A stretch of DNA of 57,932 nucleotides from Chiloscyllium plagiosum (lineage: Eukaryota), in NCBI RefSeq assembly GCF_004010195.1, contig NC_057752.1, positions 10,429,595-10,487,526 on the forward strand, written 5' to 3'. The position numbers and the translations under genes were made by a program. A model generated the notes under the pieces. That model did not search any database. It had not been told where the DNA came from and saw nothing but the letters and a program-made list of their open reading frames with translations. Shown here piece by piece: positions 1 through 57,932 of this stretch (position 1 is the first letter of the stretch; every line of letters begins with the position of its first letter).

Positions 1-5
1 GTTAG

Positions 6-125
6 TGTGTGTTTATATGGGGCTGTGGGGGGGGGATTAAATGGGTGGGGAGGGTCAGTCATGGGGTGTGTGTTTATACAGGCGTGTGGGAGGGGGATTA
101 AATGGGTGGATAGTCAGTAATGTGT
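6..125. repeat. 60-bp tandem repeat (2 diverged copies, may continue beyond the window)
   Basis: GTGTGTGTTTATA...GGGGGATTAAATGGGTGG...GTCAGT at a 60-bp period. Confidence 0.8.
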
Positions 126-1134
126 GGAGGGAGGAGGAGTGTCCCCGGGATCTCAGTGGAAGATGGAAAGCAGGCAGAGTCAGTGAGAATACTGAATGCA
201 ATGCAAACTGGATTTTCATGAAATCTGTCACCGATTGATGTCAGAAACAGTTCGAAAATGTCTTCTGTCATTTAGACTAACCTGGTGAACATTAAAATAA
301 TGGGAAAAGGGCAAAATTTTAGACTGAACGTGGTGCACTTCAACGTGGGTGCAGAGAGTCCAAATACCATTTGAACATATTTAAGTGACGCAGCTCCACA
401 CACACAGAGCTGCTCTGCACTATTGGTGAATGCTATTGGACAACTATGTTTAAAGAGGCAAAACCAATAACTAGCTAAAGGTTTTTAGAAGTTGAAGAGC
501 CTTGTTTCTGATTCTCAACTGTTTCAGCAGCCTCCAACTTGCAACTGGTCACATTCACTCATGTTCCAGGAGCTCCTTTATTCTAAATTCCAAAGTTACA
601 TCCTGTTTTTCAGCATTTCCAGCTACTTGTCCCCGGATTCCAGTTGTCAACTCTTGGCTCCTGGCTTCTTTGGTTGAAAGCTCCTGGATTCAGGCTTTTA
701 GAGTTCGGATCCCAAACTCCAGATTTTCACCTCCCAATTAGTGGAGGGGCTACTAGATTATGTTCCCACCAGTCCCCATTGCAGCCTACTAGAATCCAAC
801 TGGCTTCTGGCTCCCAGTGCCAGGTTCCTAACCATCCCTAGCAGAGAGCAACCAGTCTCTGACTCCAGCTAGCTGGCTTCTGGATCCCATCTGCAGAATC
901 CAATTGGGTGATGAAGGGATCCCTGTACATAACAAACTCTGGACTAATGTTTGGATATCAAATAAGCTGCACACGTTTTCAGGACAAGGCAGTCACTTTT
1001 AAGCTAATGTCTGAAAAACACTTGCAAACAGGACGAGAATTCCTCACCTGAGCTTAATGCAACAGTCTTAAAGCATGTTAGCTATCAAGGGGAACATTTT
1101 GTTTCAAAACTTTAGATGAATAAACCATACTCAC

Positions 1135-56072
<54,938 letters not shown>

Positions 56073-56075
<3 letters not shown>

Positions 56076-56093
56076 GTCTAAATATTAGACATG
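56073..56093 (-). promoter_or_regulatory. Collagen 5' stem-loop (upper stem) containing uORF ATG TCT AAT ATT TAG and the main ATG
   Basis: Perfect 9-bp inverted repeat CATGTCTAA-TAT-TTAGACATG; uORF at 56078-56092. Confidence 0.9.
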
Positions 56094-56127
56094 CAGAATG
56101 TGTTAATGTGGAGAAGGAGTCCCGCAG

Positions 56128-56142
56128 TTACGGCGCCGTCAT
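56128..56142 (-). promoter_or_regulatory. Upstream ORF 1 (ATG ACG GCG CCG TAA)
   Basis: 4-codon ORF between the predicted TSS and the main ATG. Confidence 0.65.
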
Positions 56143-56180
56143 AAAGTCAAGCTCGGACCGGGCGAAGGGCAATCAGGTAT

Positions 56181-56330
56181 CCAGCAGCGCTCTGTTCTCT
56201 GGCCCTGGCACCGCAGGTTTTAAGTCCGCTCTCCCTACAGTGACTGCGTATATCCCCACCGCCAGGAGATCTCCACCCCCTTTGCCCACCCCCCAGCCAA
56301 GCTGGGAACCCGCCCTCCTCTCCCTCCCCA
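56181..56330 (-). promoter_or_regulatory. COL2A1 core promoter: TATA-like TTAAAA (56218-56223), predicted TSS near 56193, GC box (56309-56315)
   Basis: TTAAAA lies 30 nt upstream of CAGAGCGCTGCTGG, a motif recalled at the human COL2A1 mRNA 5' end; GGGCGGG upstream; CpG-rich surroundings. Confidence 0.75.
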
Positions 56331-57932
56331 GCTAGCTCTCCCCATTCACCAGAGCCCCTCCTTCCTGGCCAGCCAGATCTCCAACCCCCACCCCCTTCCC
56401 AAATACTGTCCCTTTTCTTCACAAAGTTCGGTGAAAGAAAATTCAACCTGAAGGTTGCGATTGTGCTTATTTTGTTTTGAATATAGACACCTTGCGGTTA
56501 AGGGGGCAAGTTTATATGAATGCCTCGAGATAGCCACGTTGCGGAGTCAGTTTGACCTTCCACCAGCACCCCCTGAAAGGGTATCAGTTTAGCGGGATGC
56601 TGAACCTTCCGTGGATGGGGTTGGTGGGGGGGGGGACTTCTCGCCTGAAGCGGTTCGATTCCCTGGGCTCTCCGCACAAGTCTTTGTCATATCGAACAGG
56701 AATGTCTTCTCAAGCGACTACAGTCCGAGTCAAACCCAAACAATTAATTCAGTAGTCCCACTCAGCTTCATAAATTGCATGTCTCTATTGTGTCGCGGTG
56801 AGTTAATGTTGCAGGTCGGGGTCCTCTCTCTCTCTCTCCCTCTTTTACAGAATCGACACTTGGGGCAGTTTCCTTCGGAAATTGTGAAGTTTGTCGCGTT
56901 CAAAAGCTAAACGATGTCCGGCTTTATTTGTTTTTTTGAGTTGGTTTTAACAGCCAGAATTACTTTTTGTGCACTCCCCCCCCCCCCCCCCACACACACA
57001 CACACACACAAAGCCCCAATTTCTGAGTCCGGGCTATTCAAAGACATTTCTTGGAGGTGAGCTGTCGGGCAGTTCCGCTTCTCTGAGAGTGAAGGGCGCC
57101 CTTGCTCCAACTTGGAGGAACCCTCCCCAGGACAGAGTCCGGGTTTTACTGCTTCATTCGCTTGGCGCAGTGTGTGTCTTTTTTTCTAGCTATGATGGGG
57201 TGGGGGTTAATTTCCAGAGGTTGTGCTGGGAGTGGGGGGGGGGGGGGACTGTTCAGCTCCGGGACAGCCGCCGCGGAGATGCATGGTCTCCTGGGGGAGA
57301 CAGCTCCGCGTTGCCCGCCGCTTGCACAGGGCGCTCTGGGCTGCTCGGGGTCACACACACACATGGAAACCTCAGCAGGTCTGCCAGCATCTGTGGAGAG
57401 AAAGGACTCGCTGCTCGATGGAGATTGTGGGTCTTTCCACCTCTGCCTGTTTCTCTCTGCAGAAGGCAGTGTAGTGCGTGGGCCCTGCCAATCAATCCCC
57501 TTCTCAACTCCACCACACTCTCAGGGTAACGGAGCCCTCTGCAATTTACTCCGGCCAAGCGCATCCTAGCCGCAAGCTTTTGTCTGAGTGAGTGGCAGCT
57601 TTCCCTCGCTCGGTACCGATGTCGTGGGGGTGTTTGGTTCTGAGAGAATGGGATGTCTTTTTCACCCCCGGAGTATGAGCCTGTCCCCAGTTATCTCCGT
57701 GCTGGGGAGTGGGGATGATTGACAGCTGTCAGTCAGACAGAAAAAGCAACCTCTTGATGGGACAGCGCCGGTGGCATTTCACCCAATGGGCGCCCGAGGG
57801 GTCCAGTGTCCTCACCTGATTGGTCCAACGGGCAAAATAGAGGCAGTTGTTATATGCAACGGCCAGAGCGAAAGTGGGAGACCGAGAGAAAGAGATTGAA
57901 GGAAAATAACAGATGCGAAAAAGAATTAGAGA

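Noticed and set aside
56969..57569. Long overlapping ORFs (186, 155 and 103 aa) upstream of the gene
   Set aside because: GC-rich, low-complexity promoter DNA poor in stop codons; no recognisable domain

Overview
Vertebrate genomic DNA, almost certainly from an elasmobranch (shark), judging by HE1-type SINEs and shark-type CR1 and Penelope relics. The window holds the promoter and the first 40 exons of the type II collagen gene COL2A1 on the minus strand. The start codon is at 56075 and exon 40 ends at 1135; the remaining exons (41-54 in human numbering) lie beyond the left edge. I read every exon by hand between canonical GT-AG sites. They join into an uninterrupted 2694-nt frame (898 codons): signal peptide, VWC exon 2, minor helix, N-telopeptide and 693 residues of the main Gly-X-Y helix. 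Sizes of exons 3-40 match those recalled for human COL2A1. The introns are full of SINE, CR1/L2/Vingi LINE, Penelope and Copia relics. Most of the supplied ORFs are spurious, repeat-derived or antisense to collagen exons. I cannot establish a wholly new system. The best leads are RNA-level and regulatory: (1) a type I/III-collagen-style start-codon hairpin with two uORFs in a COL2A1 leader; (2) the exon-2 donor buried in a conserved 13-bp stem, at the position of the minor mammalian IID donor; (3) the SOX9 intron-1 enhancer with an internal GT microsatellite; (4) Penelope-derived minimal hammerhead ribozyme motifs in the introns, two of them on the pre-mRNA strand; (5) two Copia relics of the GalEa type. 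Comparisons to human/mouse sequence are from memory and need alignment to confirm. Repeat boundaries are approximate.
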